DNA of 64,000 bases from Lama glama. Lineage: Eukaryota. Positions 52,430 to 64,000 of the stretch are shown here, one piece after another (the stretch's first letter is position 1; each line of letters begins with the position of its first letter). Location: positions 80,478,001 to 80,542,000 of the forward strand of contig CM052816.1 in the NCBI GenBank assembly GCA_028534125.1, written 5' to 3'. The position numbers and the translations under genes were made by a program. The notes under the pieces are model-generated. The model was not told the DNA's origin and ran no database searches. It saw only the letters and a program-made list of their open reading frames with translations.

Positions 52430-53987
52430 TCTGAAGAAATAGGTAGGACCAGGAAGGGAGGGAGGTATAAGACCAAACTTGCCTCCTGAGGACTCCGCTG
52501 AGATCCACTTCAATGGAGTTCTCTGTAGGGTTGCATTCAGTAGAAGGTGGATTTGGCATGAATACACCTTGTGAAATGGGGCTGGTGGCTGCATGCCAGG
52601 GCGTGTTTTCTCTTACACTTTCCCCAGCGCATGGTGGAGATAGAGCTGATCCTCCTGTTGGGAGCTGAAGGGCCTTCCCTGCAAGACCTATATTTTACAA
52701 TCCTTTTGTTTACCACCTTTTCCCCACCTTAGTGCTGGATGAGTAAACAGTTACTTAAGGGACCCGCCTTCCTGCACTATCAGAGTGAGAAGGTCAGTAG
52801 ATTAGCAAAGAACATCATTCATCCTTTCCCAGCAGCTCCATGCAGACCTAGATTTTTTTTTTTTTAATGAAAGAGGAAAAAGTAAATCTTGCAGAAGGGA
52901 TGGAAAAGTGTTTGGGCAGTCCTCTCACAGACTCAGAAATTAAGAGAAATTATGGGCTGCATGATCCAGTCTCGCTCTCCGGCACAGAACTGCCCAGCAA
53001 CTGCCGCTGCTAGTAGGGGTGGGGCTTCCCGCCTTTTGCGCATGTTCTGAGCTGAGAGCTGCTTTCTTTTATCCGGTTTCCCAGCCATTGTCTCTTGGAG
53101 AGTTGAGAACTCACAGAGGTTCTCAGAGCCTGGACCTTTTCCATGGCCCAGTGGACACAAAGAGCAAACCATTTATTGCCAGAGCGGTGCCCACACAAAC
53201 CCCATGAGCTGAAGGTTTGCAACTAACTAAAGCTCAGAACCCTGTTGGCATTTGTGCTAGTCATTCTTGGCAAAGACCTGTTTTTGAACTAAAGAAAAAA
53301 GCATACGACTAATTGACAACTCTTCAAAACTCTTGTCAGCAATTGAAATGATTCCTGCCAGGATATGGAAGCACATTTTTATATTTAAAATGTATAAGTA
53401 GTATTTTGTGAGATCCTGGGGGTCTTTACTTGTGTGTCCATCCCCTCCATACGCAGTATTGTTAGGGCAGTGGGACTGGAGAGACCACTGACGAGATCCT
53501 CCTGATGGGTTGATGTGACCAATTACCTTTTTCGTGAAGGAGTAGAAGTTCTCGGATGAGTTTTGAGCATAGACCTCAGAAAGTCCAAAAAGGCGTTTCA
53601 TGTTTGAAAAGGCTCAGCCACTGCTGATTGTCCCTCCCCTATTTAAAAGTTCAAGTTAACTTTAATTTTCAGTCAAATCCTTCTCTTTGGGGGCAGATAA
53701 TATAATTCAGCCTCCTGAGATTAGGAGCAAAAGCAACTCAAAATAAAGCATTTGTCCTATTTTCCTCCATTTTTTAGGTGTTAGATTCAGTAGTCAAATG
53801 GTGAAATCAGAATAACCCTAGTGAATTCAGAATTGCTCCCTCATTCATATGGACTTTCAAAAACAATTTTATTCATGCTTTACAGACCATGTTGAATGTG
53901 AACTAATACCCCACTTTTTCCAGGAGGATTTTTCCCCCAGGTATTCCTTTGGGCACCTGTACATCCTTCCATGTTCTCTACTTTCAG

Positions 53988-54137
53988 GAAAGACATCTGT
54001 GCTGGTGTCAACCGCCCCTGTGAGACCCTGGGTCTGTCCCACCTGTCGGGAATGTGCCAGCCTCACCGGAGTTGTAACATCAATGAAGACTCTGGACTCC
54101 CCCTGGCTTTCACAATTGCCCATGAGCTTGGACACAG
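53988..54137 (+). CDS. ADAMTS12: ADAMTS12 coding exon (exon 7), carrying the HExxH zinc motif; 150 nt, phase 2 to 2
   Basis: Acceptor ctttcag|G, donor AG|gtaaag. Translates [49 protein letters not shown](S). Confidence 0.98.
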
Positions 54138-54472
54138 GTAAAGGGACCAGGGAACTGAGATCTCCTCGTGTTCATGCATCAGTATCAGTAGAGGGAACGG
54201 AAGGTTCCTCTCCTAACAACAGGTTGTCAGGAGAATCAGATTGCACTGTGGCTTGAGAATCACCCTCCTGACTCTTTGCTTCCTCATCTGTAAAGTGTGG
54301 GTGGGGAATCACCCACATCAAAGACTCCAGTGTCTTCTCTGCCCCAACCACTTGTATCCTTCTACGTCACAGAATCAAAGAGGCCACTAAAGTTCTATTA
54401 GTGAGAATGAGGTGAGCAGAAGCAAAGAGATAAGTGTAACTCAATTGATTAATTCAGGAGTAACAATCCCTA

Positions 54473-54735
54473 TTTCTTTTTTTCAATTGAAGTATAGTTG
54501 ATTTACAATGTTGGGTTAGTTTCTGGTGTACAGCAAAGTGATTCAGTTATACACACATATATATATCCTTTTTCAGATTCTTTTTCATTATAGGTTATTA
54601 CAAGTTATTGAATACAGTAAAACCTTGTTGTTTATCGATTCTGTATGTAATAGTTTGTATCTGCTAATCCCAAACTCCCCAATTTATCCGCCCTCCCCCT
54701 ACTTTTTCTTTTGGTAACCGTAAGTTTGTTTTTTT
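54473..54735 (-). mobile_element. Cetartiodactyl L1 3' end
   Basis: ttgaagtatagttgatttacaatgttg...gtacagcaaagtgattcagttatac...tttggtaaccgtaagtttg. Confidence 0.88.
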
Positions 54736-57700
54736 ATGCAATAGTAATAATATTAATATCATTAAGAAAATCACGAACTTTAACATTTTGTGCCCTTCTT
54801 TGATGCCAGACACTTTGCATGTGTCCCTTAATCCTCTCAACAACCTTGTGAAGTAGATGCTACTGTTAGCCCTGTTTTGCTTGTATGTATTAAAGGAGAA
54901 CACTGACTTGAATAAAGAAAAAATGGAAAACTGCTATGAACTTGGAAGTACCATCAAGCAAACACCAGTTAACAGGAGGTCCAAGTTGTCACAAAAATGT
55001 GTGAACTGGATTAGATGAATTGAAGGCAAGTTTCAGAAAGTTGAGTAGAGAGATGATGAGGAATCTGAATTCTGTAGATATCAGAGGTTCCCATGGAGGA
55101 AAGATCTGAGCTTTGTTAGTGTATAGACTAACCCCAAATAAGAGAACATCATACTAATTAGAAGCTCAGAGTGGGGAGTCATGTAAATGTCTCAACTCTA
55201 CCCCCTGCCTGTTGGCTAGCCACCAGCCTGGATCTCCTCCGGATCATACTCTGAATGTACAAGCAGAAAAAAAGGTGGGATTGGGAAGCGCCCTGTTGAC
55301 TGAAGTATTCACAGCCTGGCCTCTCTGGCCTGGGCTTTCTCAACATTTTTCTCAAGTAATATTGGAACTTTTCAAAACACTTCACCTGCACTACAAAACC
55401 AGAGTATTGGCTTGAGAATTAGGAAAAGGGAATGCTTATTCAGGCCTTTTCATCAACCAATATAATGATTTTAAATAAGTCCCTTTCTGCACCTGTTTCC
55501 TTATCTGTGAAATGACTGGGTTGAACTAGGCAATTTCTTAGGTACTTTGATTTCTTTGAACGTTACCAAAAAGTCCTGAGAGATAAATGTGATATATGAT
55601 AGTATTTTTAGTTATCAAAAATTCAAATACAGAACAATCAAGTGACTTGCTTATGATTAAATAATAACTGGGGACAGAAGGCTAGATCTTGAAAAGACCA
55701 AGCCAGAGTTGTTGGCATGTAGATAAGAATAACTCATTTTGCCAAATTTAATTATGTACAAAAATATAGGTGTCCTCAGTCCTGATGTGTAAAGGGATAT
55801 ATCCCTTGTCGTCTTCAATCAAGTCATTGGTGTCAGCAGCACTTGCTGGCCAAGCAATGTCAAGTAAATATAGACAGGTCACCCTGAGAAATGATTGCTC
55901 AAGCCTTCCCAGCAATGGTGTGCCCAAGCGAAAGAAAAGTGGAGAAGACTTGCTTGATAAAAGACATTTTCAAATGCTCCCTGCTTGTGTTCAAAGAATG
56001 GATCCTTTATATCCTCAATTCAGCTTGACCTTGTAAAGGGACTCAGAATGGTGCTGAGAAGGTTCTGCCAAATCAACGTTGCCCCAGTTTTTGAGGCAAT
56101 CATCGGCGTGACTATCCAGACCATGACATATCACCTCTGTGATGAGGACCACCTAAGTAAATAAAGCCAAGGGCAACTATGATCCTCCTTCCAGATTTTG
56201 GAAATTCTCCAATAAAGTTGAAAACCTCTTGGTAACATTACTTGAGCACAATTTCCCTGAATACTTGAAAGCAAAGAGTGGTAGATGTCTTAAGTGGTGG
56301 ATATTTTAACAGACTAGAACTGGGCCACTGCCTCAATCAATTTGATGTTTTGATATGTGTCCTCTAAATATAAGGGATCTGTCCTTTGATTGCTGATGGC
56401 TATCTTTGAACACAGAGGTGCAGACAAAGAGGTAGGCAGCATTGTTACTACACCTCCCCTCATTGTTGCAAACCCCTCCACCTTTGGCTGAAGTGACTTC
56501 CGGAGGACTTAAAGGGCCAATGTCCATTTCTCCCCATCTTTACTTTCCTTTTCCCCCTTTTTGGAGCCTGACAGTAAAGACTTAAGACTTCCAGAAACAA
56601 TTTTAAAACTAAGGAAAATTAGAAAGTGACCACATATGCCTAAGGAAAGACCTGAGAAGAAAAGAGCTGAGAAGACCTTAAGTTTACACTGCAGGTTGAT
56701 CTTTGACACAGAGATGGCCTACAATAATCAAATAACAAAAACAATAATAAACATCAAACTCTAGGAAAGGGGAGAAATCTAATTTACAGAATCACTATAT
56801 TGTTAGATTCAAATGTCCAGTTTTCCACACACAAAAAATCACAAGACATATAAAGAAATAGGAAAGTATGGCCCATTCAAAGGAAAAATAAATCAACAGA
56901 AATTGTTCCTGAAAAAGATGTGATGACAGATATACTAGACAAAGACTTTAAAACAACTGCCTTAAAGATGCTCAAATAACTAAAGGAATGTGTGGAGAAA
57001 GTTGAGAAAACAATGTATGAACAACATGGAAATTTCAATAAAGAGAAACCTAAAAAGAAACCAGAAAGAAATCCAAGAGTGAAAAGTACAATAACTGAAA
57101 TGAAACGTTCACTAGAGGGATTCAGTGGCAGATTTAAACAGACAGAAAAATTAGCAAACTTGAAGATGGAACAATAAAAATGATCAAGTCTGAAGAACAG
57201 AAAGGAAAAAGATTGAAGTTTTAGCCAGTGCAGTAAGGCGAGAAAAGGAAATAAAAGGCATGCAGACAGATTGGCTAGGAAGTGTAAAACTAGCCTTATT
57301 TGCAGATAACATAATTACCTATGTAGAATCTACACATGCACAAACTAGAACTAATAAGCTCACAGGATTCAATATAACATACAAAATCAATCATAATTCT
57401 ATAGACTAGCAATTAACGGGAATGCTGAAATTAAAAATGCAATACCTTTCACACTCACTCAAAAATATGAAATATTTATGTATAAGTATTACATATTATA
57501 CTTACAAATCTAACAAAACATGGTCAGGACTTGTATGCTGAAAACTGTACAACACTGAGGAAAGAAATCAGAGATGATCTAAATAAATGGAGAGACCTTA
57601 CTGTGTTCATGAATTGGAAGACTCAGTGTAGTAAAGTTGTAAAATTTTTCTCAAGCAAAAATACAGGTGGAATGATATTTCTATCAAAATTCTAGCAAGA

Positions 57701-58264
57701 TTTTTTTTGATATATAGAAAAAAATATTCTAAAATGTGTATGGAAAGTCAAAGGAACTAAAGGAAAACAATTTGAAAAAGAATAATAAAGTAGGAAAAAT
57801 CAGTGTATGAGATTTCAAGTTATTTTAGACAGCGTCAGTAATCAAGATTGTGTGGTTTGGGCAGAGAAACACATAGATCAATGGAACAGAACAGAGAATG
57901 CAGAAATAGTCCCAAACAAGCATGCCCAACTGATTTTTTGACAAAGGTGCAAAAGCAATTCAGTGGAGGGAAGATTGCCTGCTCAACAAATGGTGCTGGA
58001 GGCAAAATTTTTTTTTAAATATGGAAAAGGAACCTCTACCCAAGTCTCACACCATATACAAAAATTATCTCAAAATGGAATACAAACTTAAATGTAAAAC
58101 ATAAAACTGAAAACTTCAGAAAATGAATAGAAGAAAAGTTTTCAGTATCTAGCACTAGGCAAAGAGTTTTTAAACTTGATACCAAAACAATAATCCATAA
58201 AGAGAAACATGTAAAAATTGGACTCATCAAAATGTAAAACTTTTGATTTGTTTAAGAGGATAAC

Positions 58265-58434
58265 AAGATATCAAATATAGTCTTGTAGTAACTTATGGTA
58301 AAAAAGAATATGAAAACAAATATATGTATGTTCATGTATGACTCAAGCATTGTGCTATCCACCAGGAGTTGACACAACATTGTAAACTGACTATACCTCA
58401 ATTAAAAAAATATATATATACACATGCAAAAAGA
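58265..58434 (+). mobile_element. Young L1 3' end (camelid type) nested in the older L1
   Basis: aaaagaatatgaaaac...ttgacacaacattgtaaactgactatacctcaattaaaaaaa; TSD aagaggataacaa / aagaggatgaaaa. Confidence 0.8.
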
Positions 58435-58489
58435 AAGAGGATGAAAATGTAAGCTATAGCATGAGAGAAATATTTGAATAGCGCCCCTC

Positions 58490-58903
58490 TACTTGCACAA
58501 ATTTAAACCCACCTGGAACCTCAGAACATAACCTTCTTTGGAAAAAAGGTCTTTGCAGATGTAATTGGTTAAGAATTTCGAGGTGAAATCACCCTAGATT
58601 TAGGGTGGGCCCTAAATCCAATGACTGGAGGGAGATATTTTTGGACACACAGAGACACAAAGGGAGGAAGACCATGTAAAGATGGAGGCAGAGGTTAGAA
58701 TTGCTGCCACAAGTCAAGGAAGCCTGGAGTCACCAGAAGATGAAAGAGGCAGTGAAGATTCTCCCCTGGAGAGAGAGGTGCTTAATGCTGCTGACACCTT
58801 CATCTCAGACTTCTGTCCTCTAGGCCTGTGAAAGTATAAAGTTCTGTTACTTTAAGCCACCAAGCTTATGGCAATTTTTATAGCATTTCTAGGAAACTAA
58901 TAT
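58490..58903 (+). mobile_element. MaLR solo LTR (MLT1B/C-like) nested in L1
   Basis: ggtctttgcagatgtaatt...agggtgggccctaaatccaatgactgg...taagccacc...ggaaactaata. Confidence 0.88.
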
Positions 58904-61900
58904 ACCTTACATCCAACAAGACTAGTATCTCGAATGTATAAACAACATTCAAAACTCAATAGTAAAAATCCAAACAATACAATTTAAAAAGACATGAAGA
59001 GATATTTCACCAGAAAGGATATACAAATGGCAAGCAAGCACATGAAAAGATATTCAACAGCAATCAGGGAAATGCAAATTGAAATCACATGAGATATCAC
59101 TGCACATCTATCAGAATGACTGAAATTAAAAACAGTGATGACACCAAATGCTGGCAAGGATGCAGGGAGTCTGAATCATTCATACACTGTTGGGGAGAAT
59201 GTGAAATGGTTTAAGCACTACGGAAAATAGCTTGGCGGTTTTGAAAAAGGAAAGCAGTAGTAAAACCACCATAGAATCCAGCAGCTATGCTCCTAGGCAT
59301 TCGTCCCGGAGAACTGAAGATTTATGTTCACACAGCAACCTATATGTGAATGTTTATAGACGCTTAATCTTAAGAAACCAAAACTGGAAACAACCCAGGA
59401 GTTGTTTTAGCTCAACAGGGTGAATGGTTAAAGAAACTGTGATTGATCCATATCAGGAAATACTTCTCAGCAAGAAAAAGGAACCAACTATTGATACGTG
59501 CAATGACCTTGTTGAATCTTCAAACAATTATGCTCTGTGAAAAAAGCCAATCCCAAAAGGTTACATGCTGTAAGATTACATTTACATAGTGTTATTGAAA
59601 TAACAAAGTTATCAAAGTAAAGAACATATTAGCAGCTGCCAGGGTTTCAGGAGGGGATGTGAGAAGAAAGGAAGTAGGTGTGGCTATAAAGTACAACATG
59701 AGGGATGCTTGTGGTGATGAAAATGTCCTGTGCCTTGACTGTATCAACATCGGCTTCCTAGTTGAGATACTGTATTATATTTTTACAAGGTGTTACCACA
59801 AGGGGAAGGTAGGTAAAGGGCACATTAGACCTCTGTGTATTATTTCTTACAACATGCATCTGAATCTATAATCATATAATAATATAAATTTAATATATAA
59901 TCATAATAAATTAAAGTTGGATTTTTAAAAGGGTGCATTGGGCCATGTACAGATGGCCTACATAAAACACAGTCTTTAAATGGCAAAAAAAAAAAGTTCA
60001 GTGTCACTGAAAAGAAAAACAAAAGTTGAAGGAAGATATATAAGCTTGAGTCTCAGTGATAGAAAAAATACTTTGATAAGACACAGAACTGAGGAAGACA
60101 AGACTTTAGGGGCATCCTTTTGCTCTTAGCAGAAGATGCTTCTCAAGTATTTAGTTCTTTCCTTAGATGTATAGTTCTAACTAGCTGTGGATCAAACTGC
60201 AGAAGACTGGGCAGATCAATGAAATGGCCTGCAGCTGCCCAGAAAAAGAAAAATACAATAAGCCACTATCCTAAGAAGATACTCATTATAGTTTAACAAC
60301 AAAGATACCCCATTATTCATGAAAGCTTGTTTGTTTCATCACTGATGGCGTAAGATATAAAGTAGAAAGTGAAGTTAGCTAACTTGTGCTGTGGCCTAAA
60401 TTAATCATTTCATTTTTATTCTGAGTAAACGCATTTAACAGTTCCATTTATGAGAACCCTGGATTATATCCAGCATCCACACCTAAGGTCTCATCCCTTA
60501 TTAGATGAGTTACCAAAAACAAAGATGGGATTCCAGCAGGAAATTTAAAAATCTCTCTTGAGACTTTCAAGTAATGAAAGTATCGTGATAGAGATGAACA
60601 CTTAAAAGGCAATATCCACCCAACATTTCCCATTATTCTGAATCATGATATTCCATTTATTTCATTTACAAAGCTTTGCCTGTTGCATATACAAAATTGG
60701 TATTTCCTCAATGAGTTAGAAAAGCTCACCTTCATACTTTCATGGTTCTGGTTCTTTGCTGGTTCTGCTCCACCACAAAAGGAATAATAAAAGGCAAGGA
60801 ATATCCCACCAAGTGATACCTTGAAACCCAGGTGATTACTTAGCTTGTTATTTCATGTCTATAATTTCATAAACCCATTTAACAGGATTTTAAAACAAAG
60901 ACCAAGTAAAGCAGGCTAATCCAGCCACCCAGCGACTTGTTTCAGACAGTAAGCAGCAGCTCCTTACTCCAGACTTCAGGCTCATCCTACCTTCTGGAAG
61001 GTAGCTTCCTGGAAACAGGTCTTCCATCCCTATGACCCCATGTGTTTTCCTTGTCTCTCATTATTCATTGACCCACTCATCCCATGTGACAGGCATGCTC
61101 CACCCATTTAAAGGAAGTAGATGTGTCCAGAGGGACATTTGTTTAGTTGCATTGCTTTTCTCTCATTAGATGGGAGCCCAGAGGGTTGATAAAGCTGGAG
61201 GGGGAAATGCTTTATTGGACTAAAAACCTTATATAGAACAAAATGAGCTTTGGGGCAAACTGATGTATTTCAAGTGTAGGTTTGTAGACACCTGGTATAT
61301 AGGCTCCAACCATATGGCTTACTGTATTGAAATAGCCAATGCTAGAAAAAACATTCATGGAGATTTTTAGACCTATGTTTGTTTAAGATTTTTCCTAATT
61401 ATTGAACAGGTGAACTTGTTGAATATTTCATGAACTGGATGAGGCTGGATTTGCAATAGCTTGGGGAAAGCCTGCTCAGAAAAGATAATTTTCATTGAAT
61501 CAAATTCTTTGTGGGTGGGTGGTAAGAGCTTTGTAGATTAATTGTCTGACTCCTTTGTGAGTTTTGTATTCCTGTGGAAGGTGATCAGAGTCTGTAAGGC
61601 AGTTGATAACATCTTAGTGCATTAAAAATAATACAAGAAAACCTCCCAAATACTATTTTCTGCAAGAGTTGCTAATACTAATCAGGAGATTTTACTAAAG
61701 TTGGATGTCAGCTTGCCTGTCACAGGGATTGACTTTCACTAGCAAAGTAAAAGGTCATACTTTCCTCTGTTCAGATTTGGAAAGTTGAGCCAACATCTCA
61801 AGGCTGTTTAAGTGTCCAATAAGCAGACTCCGGTGGAGAGAGGTCTTGTGGGGAGCTCAGAAGGGGAGCTGAGGACTCAACTTATAAACAGACACTTCTC

Positions 61901-62925
61901 ATTCTGCCTCTTTCCCAAGCACCCCTTGCCATGAGCATCAGTTAAACTCTTTAGAGCCTTTCTAGGACTGCTTCACTTGGACGCCCCCGGCAGTGGGAGG
62001 TCCGGGAGCAGACCGAGCAAGACATGGACAAGAGCACTGACTTAGGTGCAGATCTCTGCAGAAGACCTAGTTCTGTCACAAACCAGTTCTGTGACTTTTG
62101 ACAAATCTCACACTCTCAGCTTCTTCAACTTGAAAAGGAAAATCTGCTAGACAATGATGAAAAACAGCAATAAAAATTTCTGTCATTTATGCAGCTCTTA
62201 GATGCCAGGCACCTTGCTGAGTGATTTTCAAATTTTATTCCATTCAGATGAGAATAAATCCCAGGTTTACGATGCCTACTCCGTTTTCTACTCAGTGAAG
62301 CTGAGCAGATTTCAGTAACTCACAGATCATTAAGTGGCAGACCTGGAATCCAGATCCAAATCATCTGTCTTCAGATACCCTGCTCTGAACCACTGGACTA
62401 TAAGGTCTCCCTAATGTCTATTAAAGTCCCTAATGGCGCTCCTATTGAAGGACTCAGAACAATACTAGAAAGCAATCCATCCCCTCCAAGCTTGTGGCTT
62501 CCCCTTTCATGCTCTCTTAAATTATGATGAAAAGGGAGAAGGAAGGTTTTGTTCTTTTGTGCCCTGGTTGCTGCAGCAGGAGAAAGAAGGTGGCTGGAGG
62601 CAAGATTTGCCTTCCTGACGCTAGACTCATAGAAAGTCAGAGTCCAACTGGGAACTTTCAGCTTTCTGCCAAACAGAGGTTTTTGAATTAGCCACACGGC
62701 TCCCAGGGCTGCATGTCTGAAGCAGAGACCTGCCTAAAATGGTTCCTGTGCTTTTTAGATGCAAATGAGTGCGCCTCCTCCAACTTCAAAGTCCCACTTT
62801 GCGTACAGATGCCTTCTGTACAGAGGTGGCTCTCTGGGGGTTATTCTCACCTTGGAGAAACTATGGTTGTCTTCTTGTTTCACGCCTGCCTCCTTGATAT
62901 TCTTGGGCTTTGTGCCTCCCTGCAG

Positions 62926-63069
62926 CTTCGGCATCCAGCATGATGGGAAAGAAAACGACTGCGAGCCTGTGGGCAGGCACCCGTACATCATGTCCCGCCA
63001 GCTGCAGTACAACCCCACCCCGCTGACGTGGTCCATGTGCAGCAAGGAGTACATCACCCGCTTCCTGGA
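62926..63069 (+). CDS. ADAMTS12: ADAMTS12 coding exon (exon 8), third zinc histidine and Met-turn; 144 nt, phase 2 to 2
   Basis: Acceptor ctgcag|C, donor GA|gtaagt. Translates [47 protein letters not shown](D), completing HELGHSFGIQHD. Confidence 0.98.
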
Positions 63070-63594
63070 GTAAGTCACAGCGTCTCGGGACAGCCTCATT
63101 TGGGTCTCTGTAAACCGGCAGGCACTTTGCGTTTTACCTGAGGCCTGGAAAACTCTCGTAACAGTAGGGGTGGATTTCGCTTCTGCTTTCTGATCCTGAG
63201 ATCTGGTGGGTTCTGGCCTGCAGCCAGAGCCAGGTGAACACCCTTTTTCCCACCCCTACCTTGCTCCTGTCTTAAAGTGGCTCTTTGTGATCTGATTGTG
63301 AGTTAAGTCCCTGGGGACTTGCAGAAACAACCAGGACAAGGCAGATGTGGGTTGCCCAACTCCGCTGCAGGTAAGATGATAATTTTCTCATTTTACTGCT
63401 TGTACTTCTTAGATCACACCTGAACAAATGGAAATGCATTTCCTTTTAGAGAACTCTCACCTTGGGCCCAGATAGAGATAAAGTTGTCTTGAAGGACGGA
63501 GTAAACTAGAGGGATGGAAGTTTCTGTTGAATGAAAGACTAAAGATGGAGGAAATCGTAAGCAACTGCCCTCATTTCTATTAACTTGTTTTCAG

Positions 63595-63739
63595 CCGAGG
63601 CTGGGGATTCTGTCTTGATGACATCCCCCAAAAGAAAGGCTTGAAGTCCAAAGTCATTGCCCCTGGAGTAATCTATGATGTTCACCACCAATGCCAGCTG
63701 CAGTATGGCCCCAATGCTACCTTCTGCCAGGAAGTAGAA
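63595..63739 (+). CDS. ADAMTS12: ADAMTS12 coding exon (exon 9), end of catalytic domain and start of disintegrin-like domain; 145 nt, phase 2 to 0
   Basis: Acceptor ttttcag|C, donor GAA|gtaagt. Translates [48 protein letters not shown]. Confidence 0.97.
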
Positions 63740-64000
63740 GTAAGTGTTGGGTATGGCAAAGTGTTGGGTATCTCAGTGCCTCTGGTGAGTATGTGCAGGG
63801 CTTGAGATCCAGCGTGCGGAAGGAAGGGCCGGGGAAATATTTGGAAATCCCAAGATCCAGACACAGAAATGGAAACTTTCTATTCATGGCAAGATGTCTA
63901 TAGGACAGAAGGATGGAAACTGGGGTCATTTACATTCCTTGACCCCACCTCCTTGGTATCCTTTGCAAGTGGGTGGTGGTGTAGGAAATTCTATAGTGAT

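Larger units (their letters stand above)
56590..59900 (+). mobile_element. L1MC-like LINE: 5'/ORF1 piece joined to ORF2 RT-to-3' UTR, with nested insertions
   Basis: ORF1-like coiled-coil remnant (ORF 56992-57177), RT motif relic ttatttgcagataacata, ttgacaaaggtgcaaaagcaattc, gaaatgcaaattgaaatcac, and L1MC 3' UTR. Confidence 0.9.

Noticed and set aside
60290..60950. Unassigned stretch that might be a decayed retroelement coding relic
   Set aside because: Only a vague peptide resemblance on the minus strand with no convincing motif; a Dfam or tBLASTn search would be needed.
1..64000. A novel multi-gene system, CRISPR array or prokaryote-style operon
   Set aside because: The DNA is mammalian intron/exon sequence. 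I saw no repeat-spacer array, no long unexplained ORF and no second gene.

Overview
Mammalian (eutherian) genomic DNA, most likely a camelid judging from its tRNA-derived SINEs and L1 3' ends (inference). The window lies inside the ADAMTS12 metalloproteinase gene on the + strand. Six coding exons (exons 4-9 by my recollection of the human gene; 197, 84, 125, 150, 144 and 145 nt) have canonical AG/GT sites and splice into one open 845-nt frame. They encode the end of the propeptide, the proprotein-convertase site, the whole catalytic domain (HELGHSFGIQHD, Met-turn) and the start of the disintegrin-like domain. The first ~39 kb is one long intron; I did not find the upstream exons. The rest is ordinary intronic sequence: L1, L2, L3/CR1 and MIR fossils, DNA-transposon MITEs, solo LTRs with target-site duplications, SINEs, microsatellites and a 500-N assembly gap whose flanks are an exact 199-bp duplicate. 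Repeat family names are by eye from remembered consensus sequences, and most repeat boundaries are approximate. Nearly all ORFs in the supplied track are spurious. I found no evidence of a novel biological system; the findings are modest, testable splicing, regulatory, evolutionary and assembly observations.
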